Below, one piece after another: positions 32,761 through 42,423 of a stretch of 64,000 nt of DNA. Location of the stretch: the NCBI GenBank assembly GCA_052170535.1, contig JBQNAH010000006.1, forward strand, positions 15,027 to 79,026. Reading direction: 5' to 3'. The stretch is from Campylobacter sp. Lineage in GTDB: Bacteria > Campylobacterota > Campylobacteria > Campylobacterales > Campylobacteraceae. Under the pieces are notes generated by a model that saw only the letters and a program-made list of their open reading frames with translations, had not been told where the DNA came from and did no database searches. The translations under genes were made by a program, and so were the position numbers. How positions within the stretch are numbered: the stretch's first letter is position 1; each line of letters opens with the position of its first letter.

Positions 32761-33496
32761 TTTGGCCCCTTACGTCCATTTCGGACAAACTAAATTTTTG
32801 TTTGTCGTATTTTACAATAAAAAATCTTTGCTTGCACGCAAAAGATGAAATATTTATGTAAAATTGTTTTTTCGGACTTATAAATTCAAAGCTTTTACCC
32901 TGATGAAAATGCCCTTCTATAACGATTTTAGCGTTGTAAAAGCTACATCTTTTTTTTGCGATTTTCTCAAAATTTTCTATCTCATAATCAAGTTTTTTAT
33001 CGGCAAGTTTTGCTAAAATTAGCTTTGAAATTTTATTATTTAAGACATTATCTACAAAATTTATCGTTTTTAAAAAGAAATTTGTGCGTAAAAAAAGTAG
33101 CGAATATTTAGTAAAAAATGGCAAAAACATATCTCCGTGAGCTATTGCAACGCTATCTCCAAATAGCGTTTTAAACATTGCTGGCTGTGAATTTATGGGA
33201 TAAATTTTAATATTTTTTAGAAGCGAAGATAAATTATAATCGTGATTACCTTCAAAATAATAAATGTCTATTTTTTCGGCAAGCTCGTTTAAAAGCTCAA
33301 TCTCTTTTTTAAAAAAATCGACAAAAAAATCGGTCTGAGAAGCTATAAAATCAAACATATCTCCCATTAAAAAAAGCTGGGTTGGTCGTATTTCTTCGCT
33401 TTTTATTAAATTTAAAAATAGATTAAAGCTGTTTCGATTAGCGTTTTCGTGGGCATCGGCTATAAATACAGCCCCATTTTTTATGATATTATCCAT
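32753..33496 (-). CDS. lpxH: UDP-2,3-diacylglucosamine hydrolase (LpxH-like metallophosphoesterase)
   Basis: IADAH, GDMFD, EGNHD, AHGD, GHFH. Confidence 0.8.
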   Translation of the reverse strand: MDNIIKNGAVFIADAHENANRNSFNLFLNLIKSEEIRPTQLFLMGDMFDFIASQTDFFVDFFKKEIELLNELAEKIDIYYFEGNHDYNLSSLLKNIKIYPINSQPAMFKTLFGDSVAIAHGDMFLPFFTKYSLLFLRTNFFLKTINFVDNVLNNKISKLILAKLADKKLDYEIENFEKIAKKRCSFYNAKIVIEGHFHQGKSFEFISPKKQFYINISSFACKQRFFIVKYDKQKFSLSEMDVRGQNV

Positions 33497-33546
33497 TAAA
33501 ATTTTTCAGTAAATTTTAAAATTTTAGCCACGCAATCCCTTAAAAA

Positions 33547-34029
33547 CTAAAAATTTATAGGCTTATAACAAACCGAAACTATTTCGATTTCGCTACGCCC
33601 GTTTGGTAAATTAAGCATTATTTCATCGCCTTGCGCCTTGCCTAAAAGCTGCTTTGCAAGCGGTGAATTTATAGAAATCAGACCGTTTTCTAAGTTGCTT
33701 TCTGGCGTGCCAACAAGCGTATATGTGCGCTCAAGTTCGGTTTCAACGTCCATTATCACAACAGTTGAGCCAAATTTCACCCTGTCGTGTTCGTATTGGC
33801 TTGGATCTATTACTTTTGCTCGGCTTACTATGTCGCTAAGCTCAGCAATGCGACTTTCTATGAAAGCTTGCTTTTCACGTGCGGCGTGATATTCTGCATT
33901 TTCTTTCAAATCGCCGTGGCTTCTTGCTATATCAATCTCTTCAACGATTTTAGGTCGTTCGACGTTTTTTAAATTTTTCAACTCGTTTGTAACTTTTTCA
34001 TATCCAAATAGCGTCATTGGTTCGGTCAT
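33547..34029 (-). CDS. greA: Transcription elongation factor GreA
   Basis: [30 protein letters not shown]. Confidence 0.97.
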   Translation of the reverse strand: MTEPMTLFGYEKVTNELKNLKNVERPKIVEEIDIARSHGDLKENAEYHAAREKQAFIESRIAELSDIVSRAKVIDPSQYEHDRVKFGSTVVIMDVETELERTYTLVGTPESNLENGLISINSPLAKQLLGKAQGDEIMLNLPNGRSEIEIVSVCYKPINF

Positions 34030-34031
34030 TT

Positions 34032-35063
34032 TTATCCTTTATTTATCAAAATTTTCGCAACATTCGCTGCAGCGCCGTGCTTTAAATAATTTCTAAGTTT
34101 CAAGCAACTATCTAAAAACCGCTTTTTGTCGCAATTCTCATAGCTTTTTAGTAAATTTTCACTCGTTACGTCGCCTTGCAAAAATTCATCGTGAAGCGGA
34201 TTTTTTCCCATAAAATCAAACATTATATTGGCCAGCCCAATATGCTTTAACTTAACAAAAAATTTAGCTATGGCTATATCGACTGGATTTGCCTTATAAG
34301 CAAGCACAAACGGCGTAGCCACCAAAGCGGCTTGAAGAGTTGCGGTTCCTGAGCAAATAAATGCAAATTCGCTTTGCAAAAGTGCTCTTGGCGTATCGAA
34401 AATAAGCTCAAATTCGCTTACATCTCCATAAATTTGCATACTATTTTCTAAAAATTTTGGCACTACGAGCAATTTTTTCTTATCGGTAATTTTTTTAGCA
34501 ACTTCTCTAAAAATCGGCATTAATCTTACTATTTCAGACCTTCTAGAGCCTGGCAAAAAGGCTATTTTATCACTTTTTATCAAATCGTTTTTTCGCACGA
34601 TAAGCTCGTCTAGCAAAGGATGTCCGACGTATGCGCAACGGTCAAAATACATTTTATCAAACGGCAAAATAGATGCTAAATTATCGCAATACTTTTGCAC
34701 TTTAGCAACCCTATTTTTTTTCCACGCCCAAACTTGTGGCAAAATATAATACGTTATAGGCGTTTTAATACCAGCTTGTTTTATCGCTTTTGCAAGAGGC
34801 AGATTAAAAGCTGGACTATCTATAAGAAGCACCGCATCACAATCTGCCGCCATTTTAACCATCTGTTTTATAGCGCGTTTTGCCTTAAAATAAAGTGGTA
34901 AAATTTCGACAAAACCCATTGATGAAAATTCTTTACTATCTATAAATGGTGTGCCAAATTTCGTATCAAAAACGCCTTGTAAATCACACTTTGGCAAATA
35001 ACTTAAAATTTGCTCGAAATGCAAATTTGCAGAAGCCTCAAGGCAAGAAACGAGAATTTTCAC
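34032..35063 (-). CDS. lpxB: Lipid-A-disaccharide synthase
   Basis: E.SA, IDSPAFN, PQVWAW, VGHPL, LPGSR, SGTATL. Confidence 0.95.
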   Translation of the reverse strand: MKILVSCLEASANLHFEQILSYLPKCDLQGVFDTKFGTPFIDSKEFSSMGFVEILPLYFKAKRAIKQMVKMAADCDAVLLIDSPAFNLPLAKAIKQAGIKTPITYYILPQVWAWKKNRVAKVQKYCDNLASILPFDKMYFDRCAYVGHPLLDELIVRKNDLIKSDKIAFLPGSRRSEIVRLMPIFREVAKKITDKKKLLVVPKFLENSMQIYGDVSEFELIFDTPRALLQSEFAFICSGTATLQAALVATPFVLAYKANPVDIAIAKFFVKLKHIGLANIMFDFMGKNPLHDEFLQGDVTSENLLKSYENCDKKRFLDSCLKLRNYLKHGAAANVAKILINKG

Positions 35064-35188
35064 TGTTTATCCTTAAATTCTGCAACCGCGTATAAAACGT
35101 GCTCTTTTGACATCTTTAAATCCAGCAAGCTTAAATTCGCCAAAATAAAATCGGCTAGAAACGAGATAAAAAGTACTTTTTTAAGCAA
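35060..35188 (-). CDS. Small hypothetical ORF, 42 aa (not in ORF track)
   Basis: AAGGA RBS, TTG start, [42 protein letters not shown]; stop overlaps the lpxB GTG (GTGA). Confidence 0.5.
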   Translation of the reverse strand: MLKKVLFISFLADFILANLSLLDLKMSKEHVLYAVAEFKDKQ

Positions 35189-35280
35189 TTAATTCCTTTA
35201 ATTTTTTGCAAAATTATCGCCAAAAACGCCTAAATAAACAATAAATTTTAAATTCACGAGAAAAAAGGGGTTAAAATTTT

Positions 35281-35308
35281 AAAACCCAAAGCTAATCGCC
35301 TTGGGTTT
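35281..35308 (-). terminator. Intrinsic terminator after nrfA
   Basis: AAACCCAAGGC-GATTA-GCTTTGGGTTT hairpin on the minus strand just after the nrfA stop. Confidence 0.65.
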
Positions 35309-35314
35309 ATGCAG

Positions 35315-37021
35315 TTATTTGAAATTTAAATTCTTGACGTTTTCGTCAGTTTGTTTCATTTTTTCAGTAGGCAACGCACCAATAGGCGGTTTGTGTCCAA
35401 GCGGAGCCGGAGCGACAACTGGGGTTGCCTCTTGCGTTAGCTTAATACTAATACCATAAGGTGCTAGTTCATTTACTAATTCAAGCTGTCCTTTTCGCGC
35501 AAATTCTTTACATTGTCCAAGAATTCTAGCTGCTTCTTCATCTCCGTGGAAACCATAGCTATTTTCGCTAAATGCGAAGTCCCAGCGGATATGAGTTTTG
35601 CGGTGCAAATAAAGCGTTTTTTCAAGAGCCTTACTGATAGCCTCTTTCTTCTCTTTTTCATCGGCGATTGAAGCAAATTTCTCGTGTTTAGCTAACTCCG
35701 CTCTTGCTGTTTTTACGTCTTGGATCAAAGAAAGCATCGCATTTTCGCAATTTCTTAGCTCATAAGCGTGGCGATTTTGGATAAAGTCTATTCTGGATTT
35801 TAACTCATCTTCGCCTTGCGGGTGGCAAGTTTTGCAAGCTGCGTTAAGGTTGTTGTAAGGAGTTAAAATATTATGCTCGCTTACTTTTTGAGCCCCATCG
35901 CGTTTATAAGGCATATGACAATCCGCACACGTTACACCGTTTCTACCGTGAACGCTAGTAGAGTAAAGCTCGGCTTCTGGGTGTTGCATTTTTATCATCT
36001 TTGCGCCAGTATCTTTGTGGATAAAATCAAATTTAAATCCACCATCTTTGGCTAACTGATCGTCATAATATTTGTCAAAATTTTCTATCTTAAACGGCTC
36101 GCCTTTTTTCCAGAAAGTCCAAGGGAAAGTTAAGGTTTGATCTTTGCCAAAATAATACTCAACGTGGCATTGCATACAAACAAAATTTCTCATCTCGGCT
36201 CTAGTTGCTTTTATACCGCTTTTTGCGTCGGCTTCATATCCGCGAGCAGCCATTGCATTTACAAACGCCGGTCTTGTTACTCTTAAGCTCATATCATCTG
36301 GGTGGTGGCAATCCGCACAAGCACTTCCTAAATGCGAACCATGAACGCTCTCGCCGTGCTTATCGGCTATTTTTTTCATTACGTCAAAATATGGGATGGA
36401 ATTCATCTTCGTCCAAGCTGCTTTTCTCATCTGTCCCTCTTCTTTTGGCATCACGTCAAAAAACGGCATAGCTAAATTTGCAGCAGGTGTCGGATTTTCA
36501 CTTAGTTTATAATCAGGATCAAGTTGGAGTGCGGTTAAATAACCAGTATGACAATTCACACAGGCACCTGGCTGACCTTTAAAGGCTGGCAATCCGTGAG
36601 AATTTAAAAATTCCTTGTCATTTCTTTTTGTTTCGATTTGATCTATTTGTGTGTAAAAGTGAGTTCTAGGCTTGCTATAATCAACCGCAAACGCATAGCC
36701 GTTCCAAAAAGTAGTGGCAGCTGGCCAACGAATAATCTTACTAAACGGAAACGAACCACCAAATGGGGTTTGGATCAACTCGCTTCCATTTGGATTTTCA
36801 TCACTTTTATGCTCCATTTTTTTGTAATCATCAAGCTGGCTAGGGAAATTTGCACCCCATTTTTCAAAATCCGGCTCAAGCTCGCTGACTTTATTTAACA
36901 TTAACGGATAATATCGCTCTTGGGCTTTTTTCTCACCTATATCGGTAAAAAGAGCAAACATAGCCGCACCAAGTACAACGGCTACCAAAAAAGCAACCAT
37001 ATACAACAACTTGTTTTTCAT
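35315..37021 (-). CDS. nrfA: Pentahaem cytochrome c nitrite reductase NrfA, CXXCH-type active site
   Basis: Five haem motifs CVNCH, CADCH, CMQCHVEYYF, CADCHMP, CKTCH; GYAFAVDY..PR.H, KMQHPE, ENSYGFH. Confidence 0.93.
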   Translation of the reverse strand: MKNKLLYMVAFLVAVVLGAAMFALFTDIGEKKAQERYYPLMLNKVSELEPDFEKWGANFPSQLDDYKKMEHKSDENPNGSELIQTPFGGSFPFSKIIRWPAATTFWNGYAFAVDYSKPRTHFYTQIDQIETKRNDKEFLNSHGLPAFKGQPGACVNCHTGYLTALQLDPDYKLSENPTPAANLAMPFFDVMPKEEGQMRKAAWTKMNSIPYFDVMKKIADKHGESVHGSHLGSACADCHHPDDMSLRVTRPAFVNAMAARGYEADAKSGIKATRAEMRNFVCMQCHVEYYFGKDQTLTFPWTFWKKGEPFKIENFDKYYDDQLAKDGGFKFDFIHKDTGAKMIKMQHPEAELYSTSVHGRNGVTCADCHMPYKRDGAQKVSEHNILTPYNNLNAACKTCHPQGEDELKSRIDFIQNRHAYELRNCENAMLSLIQDVKTARAELAKHEKFASIADEKEKKEAISKALEKTLYLHRKTHIRWDFAFSENSYGFHGDEEAARILGQCKEFARKGQLELVNELAPYGISIKLTQEATPVVAPAPLGHKPPIGALPTEKMKQTDENVKNLNFK

Positions 37022-37041
37022 TTTTTCCTCCTATTTAAATT

Positions 37042-37566
37042 TTAAAAATTATGCGCGTGTCCAGCTTGTCTGTGGCAAGATACGCAGTTTAAAGGCTCAT
37101 TTGAGCTGTTTTGATGTTCTTTTAAATTTTTATCAAACGGCTTCGCGTCGCCTATGGCTCTTGGATCTATTACGTTTGCGACGTATTCTTTATGACAACT
37201 AATACAATTTTCCTGAACTACTTTTTTTGTTTTTGCATTTGCAGTAAATGCGTATGGATTATCTTTAAAAGTTACGGCGTAAGCGTGTCCTAAACCGCTT
37301 TGAGCTTTCATAACCCAGTATCCCAAGAAATCATTGCGTGGCAAATGGCAGTCGTTACAGGTCGCAACGTTTTGATGTCCGCCTTTCATCCAGCTTTCAT
37401 AAACTTGATTCATAACGTGGCAGTTTTTACAGGCTGCGGGATCTGGACTAAAATACGAAAAGCCTTTTGCGTAATAAAACGTGTAAATTCCGTGTCCTAT
37501 CACCAAACCAAAAGATATTAGCAAAAGCACAATCCAAATAGACGCCTTTTTTCTCGCTTTTTCCAT
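37042..37566 (-). CDS. nrfH: Tetrahaem quinol dehydrogenase NrfH
   Basis: N-terminal TM helix; CKNCHVM, CNDCHLP, CISCH, CVSCH; upstream of nrfA. Confidence 0.93.
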   Translation of the reverse strand: MEKARKKASIWIVLLLISFGLVIGHGIYTFYYAKGFSYFSPDPAACKNCHVMNQVYESWMKGGHQNVATCNDCHLPRNDFLGYWVMKAQSGLGHAYAVTFKDNPYAFTANAKTKKVVQENCISCHKEYVANVIDPRAIGDAKPFDKNLKEHQNSSNEPLNCVSCHRQAGHAHNF

Positions 37567-37609
37567 AGTTAGCTTTTAACCTCCTTTATAAATTTACTAA
37601 TTAGTTTTT

Positions 37610-37651
37610 ATTATATTGTTTTATTGCTTAATTTTTATTGATTTATATCAA
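37610..37651 (-). promoter_or_regulatory. nrfH promoter: TATAAT (37610-37615) and Crp/Fnr-family box TTGAT-N4-ATCAA (37638-37651)
   Basis: Perfect TTGATTTATATCAA; centre about 41.5 nt upstream of the start site implied by the -10 box. Confidence 0.75.
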
Positions 37652-37752
37652 TTTTATTAAATAAACTTTTAATATTATTTTAAATATTAGTTAATTTTAC
37701 AAAACAAAAACTATTATGGTAAAATACCGATTTTTACTCAAGAAGGCTAAAA

Positions 37753-38526
37753 ATGTATGAAATTTTAATAACAAACGACGATGGATTTGAGGCCGCTGGA
37801 CTTCGTGCACTGTCAAATACAATAAAACAAATTCCAAATACGCACGTTACAATAGTCGCTCCAAGTTCTGAAAAATCAGCTTGTGGACACTCTTTGACAC
37901 TGACTAAACCGCTTAGATTTATAAGTATAAACGATGATTTTTATAAACTTGATGATGCTACACCAAGCGATTGCGTTTATCTATCCTTGCACGCACTTTA
38001 CGAAAAAACTCCTGATTTAGTCATAAGTGGCATAAATCACGGTGCAAATGTTGGCGAAGATATAACGTATTCTGGCACTTGCGCAGCGGCGATGGAAGCG
38101 GTCTTGCAAGGCGTAAAAAGTGTTGCATTTTCTCAATTTTACAAAAACGATAGCTTAGAAAATTTGGGGTTTAACCTAGCCAGCGAAGTGGTAAAATTTA
38201 TCGTTACAAAAATACTTAATAACGAAATTTCTTTGCCAAATCGACAATTTTTAAATGTTAATATTCCAGCTGTAAATTTGCAAAATTTTAAAGGCTACAA
38301 AATCGTTCCAGTCGGTAACAGAAGCTATGCAACCCACGCCATGCTTAATACAAATCCGCGTGGCGTGGAGTATTATTGGCTCGGACTGCCATCAAATTTA
38401 GCATACGAGCAAAACAAAGAGTGCGATATAAGCGTTTTAAACGAGGGTTTTGCTTCAATAACGCCGATAAAACTTGATATGAGTGCGTATGAAAGTTTAG
38501 AAAATTTAAAAAAGGTTTTTAAATGA
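37753..38526 (+). CDS. surE: 5'/3'-nucleotidase SurE
   Basis: ILITNDDG, TPSDCV, SGINHGAN, YSGT.AAA.E. Confidence 0.96.
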   Translation: MYEILITNDDGFEAAGLRALSNTIKQIPNTHVTIVAPSSEKSACGHSLTLTKPLRFISINDDFYKLDDATPSDCVYLSLHALYEKTPDLVISGINHGANVGEDITYSGTCAAAMEAVLQGVKSVAFSQFYKNDSLENLGFNLASEVVKFIVTKILNNEISLPNRQFLNVNIPAVNLQNFKGYKIVPVGNRSYATHAMLNTNPRGVEYYWLGLPSNLAYEQNKECDISVLNEGFASITPIKLDMSAYESLENLKKVFK

Positions 38527-39176
38527 GCCAAAATGATAAATTTACGCGTTGCAAATGGCTTTTTGGCGATGAAAATTTTAAAAAATTACAAAACTCAAAT
38601 GTCCTTGTTTGCGGCGTAGGCGGCGTGGGCGGAATATGCGTTGATACTCTTGTTAGAAGCGGAGTTGGTAAAATAACGATTATCGACAACGATACGTTTG
38701 ACATAACAAATCAAAACCGCCAAATTTACAGCGAATCAATAGGAGCTGTTAAAGTGCAAGAATTTGCTAAAAAATATGAAAATATCACGCCTATCAAAGA
38801 GCTAATAACACCAGAATTTGTTGCAAATTTAAACTTTGAGCCGTTTGATTTGGTGATTGATGCGATTGACGATGTCGTAGCAAAAGTCGCACTTGCTTTA
38901 AAAACTCACAAGAAGCTAATCGGCTCGATGGGTGGGGCAAAAAGGCTTGATCCAACCCAAATAAAAGTCGCCGACATTTTCAAAACATACAACGATCCGC
39001 TCGCCAAAAAAATGAGAACAGAACTCAAAAAAGCCAAATTTGACGGAAAATTTGACGTCGTATTTTCTAGCGAAATTCCAACCTGCACAGCACTTGGTAG
39101 TTTTATGGGAGTAACGGCTTGTTTTGGACTAAATTTAGCCGCGTTAGCCGTTAAGAAAATTTTAAATAGTACTTAG
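38523..39176 (+). CDS. tcdA: ThiF-family protein, tRNA threonylcarbamoyladenosine dehydratase-like
   Basis: GVGGVG, D.FD.TN.NRQ, IDAIDD, SMG, DPLAK, VFSSE. Confidence 0.8.
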   Translation: MSQNDKFTRCKWLFGDENFKKLQNSNVLVCGVGGVGGICVDTLVRSGVGKITIIDNDTFDITNQNRQIYSESIGAVKVQEFAKKYENITPIKELITPEFVANLNFEPFDLVIDAIDDVVAKVALALKTHKKLIGSMGGAKRLDPTQIKVADIFKTYNDPLAKKMRTELKKAKFDGKFDVVFSSEIPTCTALGSFMGVTACFGLNLAALAVKKILNST

Positions 39177-39246
39177 TAATTTGGTGGCAAATATGAAAAT
39201 TTTCAAACCACTAAAATGATGTCTTTGCGATTAAATATGGCAAATT

Positions 39247-40605
39247 TCACACATAGCCTTGATCAATCATCGCATCAGCGACTTTTTTAAATCCTGCTAT
39301 GTTTGAGCCAAGCACTAAATTTCCAGCATCGCCAAATTCAACACTTGTTTGATAACTTAACTCAAAAATGTGCTTCATTATGCCTTTTAATTTAGCATCG
39401 ACTTCTTCAAAACTCCATTTTGTCATTCCAGCATTTTGCATCATCTCTAGTCCTGATGTGCCAACCCCGCCTGCATTTGCCGCCTTAGCTGGAGCAAAAT
39501 GAAAATCCTTTTTAGAAAGCATAAAATCAATCGCTTCAAGCGTGCTTGGCATATTTGCGCCTTCGCATACGAACCTGCAGCCATTAGTATAAAGCGTTTT
39601 TATATCTTCTAAATTTAGTTCATTTTGAGTTGCGCTTGGGAATGCGCCATTGCAAGGAACTGACCAAACGCCGTTTGTGCCAGCTTTGTATTGGCTAACT
39701 GGCGTAAATTTCGCACTTGGGCGAATTTTGACATACTCGCTTAGTCTTTGTCTGCGAACTTCTTTGATCTCTTTTAAAAGCGCGATATCTATACCTTCGC
39801 TATCATAAACATAACCGCTTGAATCACTTACCGTAATCGGCAATGCGCCCATATGATAAAGCTTTTCAGCCGTATAAATAGCGACATTTCCAGAGCCACT
39901 TATCGCACACCTTTTGCCCTCAAGACCAAACCCTGCTTTTTTAAGCATATTATCGACAAAATATACCGCACCATATCCCGTAGCTTCCGTTCTAGCAAGG
40001 CTTCCGCCCCAGTTTAGCCCCTTGCCCGTTAATACCCCGTCAAAACGATTTGTTAATTTTTTATATTGTCCGAACAAATATCCGATTTCTCTAGCACCAA
40101 CATTAATATCCCCAGCTGGAACGTCAGTAGTGTGGGCGATATGACGAAAAAGCTCACTCATAAAAGCCTGACAAAATCTCATAACTTCATTATCGCTTTT
40201 GCCCCTTGGATCAAAGTCCGAACCACCTTTTGCTCCGCCCATAGAAACGCCTGTTAAGCTGTTTTTAAAGATTTGCTCAAAACCAAGAAATTTCAAAACT
40301 CCGACATTTACGCTTGGATGAAATCTAAGTCCGCCTTTATACGGTCCGATAGCCGAATTAAACTGAATTCGCCAGCCATTATGCACTTGAGGCAAGCCAT
40401 TATCGTCAATATAAGTTACCCTAAAATGAAATGCCCGCTCAGGTATCGTAATACGCTCTAAAATCGCGTGTTTTTCATATTTGCCCTCCTTTTTTAAAAG
40501 CGGATTTAAACTATGAAGCACCTCTGTAACAGCCTGGATAAACACCTCTTGACCAGGATTTGCAAATTTAAGATTATCCAAAATTCTCGATATATACTCG
40601 CTCAC
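39247..40605 (-). CDS. gdhA: NADP-specific glutamate dehydrogenase
   Basis: GPYKGGLRFHP, GGAKGGSDF, DVPAGD, EATGYG, SGSGNVA, KAANAGG. Confidence 0.97.
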   Translation of the reverse strand: MSEYISRILDNLKFANPGQEVFIQAVTEVLHSLNPLLKKEGKYEKHAILERITIPERAFHFRVTYIDDNGLPQVHNGWRIQFNSAIGPYKGGLRFHPSVNVGVLKFLGFEQIFKNSLTGVSMGGAKGGSDFDPRGKSDNEVMRFCQAFMSELFRHIAHTTDVPAGDINVGAREIGYLFGQYKKLTNRFDGVLTGKGLNWGGSLARTEATGYGAVYFVDNMLKKAGFGLEGKRCAISGSGNVAIYTAEKLYHMGALPITVSDSSGYVYDSEGIDIALLKEIKEVRRQRLSEYVKIRPSAKFTPVSQYKAGTNGVWSVPCNGAFPSATQNELNLEDIKTLYTNGCRFVCEGANMPSTLEAIDFMLSKKDFHFAPAKAANAGGVGTSGLEMMQNAGMTKWSFEEVDAKLKGIMKHIFELSYQTSVEFGDAGNLVLGSNIAGFKKVADAMIDQGYV

Positions 40606-40805
40606 ATACTCTCCTTTTTTATAATTTGTAGTGAAATACTAGCACTGTATTAAAAAGTTTTGTTTAAAGTTAATTTTATATTTTTATTTTAGGCTATCAT
40701 TGTTACAATATGAAACTTTTTTAATTTAACGAAAAAAAATAAACCGAAAATTTTGTGCTAAAAAGTAGTGTTTTTAAATTTATATTTAAATAATATTTAT
40801 AAAAT

Positions 40806-40829
40806 ATTTGGACTAAATTTAGCCCAAAT
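40806..40829 (-). terminator. Probable terminator after the TupA-like gene
   Basis: ATTTGGGCTA-AATT-TAGTCCAAAT hairpin (one G.U pair) followed by T-rich sequence. Confidence 0.5.
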
Positions 40830-40839
40830 TTGAGATATA

Positions 40840-41640
40840 CTAATGCGCGATGAAGTAGTTTTTTGCGTATTGTGCATCATTATATATGCTTTGCCCGTAT
40901 TTGTCTTTGCCAAAATTTCTCATAATTTCTTGTCCTTGATTTGAAGCCACAAATTCTATAAATTCCTTCGCCTTATCGCTTTGCAAAGAATTTGCTGAAT
41001 TTTGTCTTAAAGCACAATATACGTTTATTAAAATTTCATCGTTCCTAAACAAAATTTCGCTTGATTTTATCAGGGCTTTTGCAACAACCCAAGTGCTACT
41101 ATCGCTCATAAAATAAACGCCGTTTTTATCGGCTTTCAAAAGTGTTGCTAACATAAAATCCTTATTTTGCTTATACCAGTCGCCTTGTGGTGAAATTCCA
41201 GCCTTCTGCCATATCAAAAGCTCCTTTTTATGCGTTCCAGACAAATCAGCACGCGTGTAAAAAGCCGATTTGCTCGTGGCTATTTTTATGTATGCCTCAA
41301 CCGCACTTTTGGCTGATTTTATATTTGCCGGATCAGATTTTGGTCCAATTATATAAAATTCATTCGAGCCCAAAAGCGTCCTTTGAGTAGCCCAACCCTC
41401 TTTTATCGCACTAATCTCAACTGATGGCGAATGCACCATTGCAACATCTATCATTTTATCTTTTAAAAGCCCCAAACTCTCACCGCTTCCAGCCTTAACC
41501 CAACAAATTTTCGTATCACTAAATTTAGTAAATTCATTTGCCAAAACTTCAAGCAAACCAAGCTCGCCCGGGCTTCCTGTCGCTACTTTAAGTTCGATTT
41601 TACCATTTCCATAAACATCTTTGTATTCAACTTTTCTCAT
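40840..41640 (-). CDS. TupA-like (tungstate/oxyanion) substrate-binding protein, no signal peptide visible
   Basis: GSGE.L, D..MVHSP, N.F.IIGP.SDPA, R.D.SGTH.KE..IW, N.Y motifs of TupA-type binding proteins. Confidence 0.75.
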   Translation of the reverse strand: MRKVEYKDVYGNGKIELKVATGSPGELGLLEVLANEFTKFSDTKICWVKAGSGESLGLLKDKMIDVAMVHSPSVEISAIKEGWATQRTLLGSNEFYIIGPKSDPANIKSAKSAVEAYIKIATSKSAFYTRADLSGTHKKELLIWQKAGISPQGDWYKQNKDFMLATLLKADKNGVYFMSDSSTWVVAKALIKSSEILFRNDEILINVYCALRQNSANSLQSDKAKEFIEFVASNQGQEIMRNFGKDKYGQSIYNDAQYAKNYFIAH

Positions 41641-41661
41641 AATTTACCTCAAATTTTAAAG

Positions 41662-42084
41662 TTATCTTAATCTTTTGATATTTGTTTTTGAAATTTTATA
41701 AATTTTTGAGCTAGAATTTTGGCTAAAATTTCCATCAACAACAACGTCAGCAACGCTTTTTGCCCAAATTTCATCAAAATTTTGTCCGTGAATGTTTGCC
41801 GAGCTTGAATAAAACCAGCCGTTTTGCTCCAAGAATTTTGCGTGTTTACACCATTTTACAACTCGAATCGCCTTTAAATTCGGATACAAAAACGTCGTTT
41901 TTTTAGCTCGCCTTACCTGATTTTTAAATTTTTTCGGCACTCTGGTTAAATCTAAAAGTTCGCTAAATTTTGCTGTCGTTATAAGACAAGGCTGATTTGC
42001 GGAACGTGATTTAATGCTATTTATTTCCATTAAATTTTTGCTTAAAAACCCAGCCGTTGTGTCTGTTTGAGCCAAATAAACCAT
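41662..42084 (-). CDS. Sua5/YrdC/TsaC-family protein (short epsilon type)
   Basis: MVYLAQTDTTAGF, IKSR, YSSSAN, SSKI; GGAG RBS before ATG 42084. Confidence 0.85.
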   Translation of the reverse strand: MVYLAQTDTTAGFLSKNLMEINSIKSRSANQPCLITTAKFSELLDLTRVPKKFKNQVRRAKKTTFLYPNLKAIRVVKWCKHAKFLEQNGWFYSSSANIHGQNFDEIWAKSVADVVVDGNFSQNSSSKIYKISKTNIKRLR

Positions 42085-42423
42085 TTTTTCTCCAAAGAAA
42101 ATACGCAAAAATGCAATTAAACTGAGTGCATTATACAAATTTATTCGTAAAAATTTAACAAATTTAGCCAGCATTTCATCAAATACTTCTTGCAAATTTC
42201 TCTTTATTCTTAAATTACAACATAATGTTAAATTTTGAATTTTATAACAAAAGTTAAGTGAATTTTCGCTTTAATGCACGCTTATCACGAACAAAGTAAT
42301 GGCAAAAGGCTAAATTTGAGCGATAAAATTACCACTTTTAGTAAAATTGACACCGCAAACAGTTAATTTGACAAGCAAAATTCGGCTAAGCACTTTTATA
42401 TAATTGATTTTTGTTTTCAATTT

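Noticed and set aside
32345..32848. Antisense ORFs in the track (e.g. opposite cheV, cheA, rsmI)
   Set aside because: They are shadow frames fully overlapping well-supported genes
42085..42195. 37-codon N-terminal extension of the Sua5-like ORF
   Set aside because: The family motif and GGAG RBS place the start at ATG 42084
42211..42235. AACATAATGTTAAAT resembling an E. coli-type XerCD dif arm
   Set aside because: No 6-bp spacer or separate XerC arm; AT-rich context makes a chance match likely
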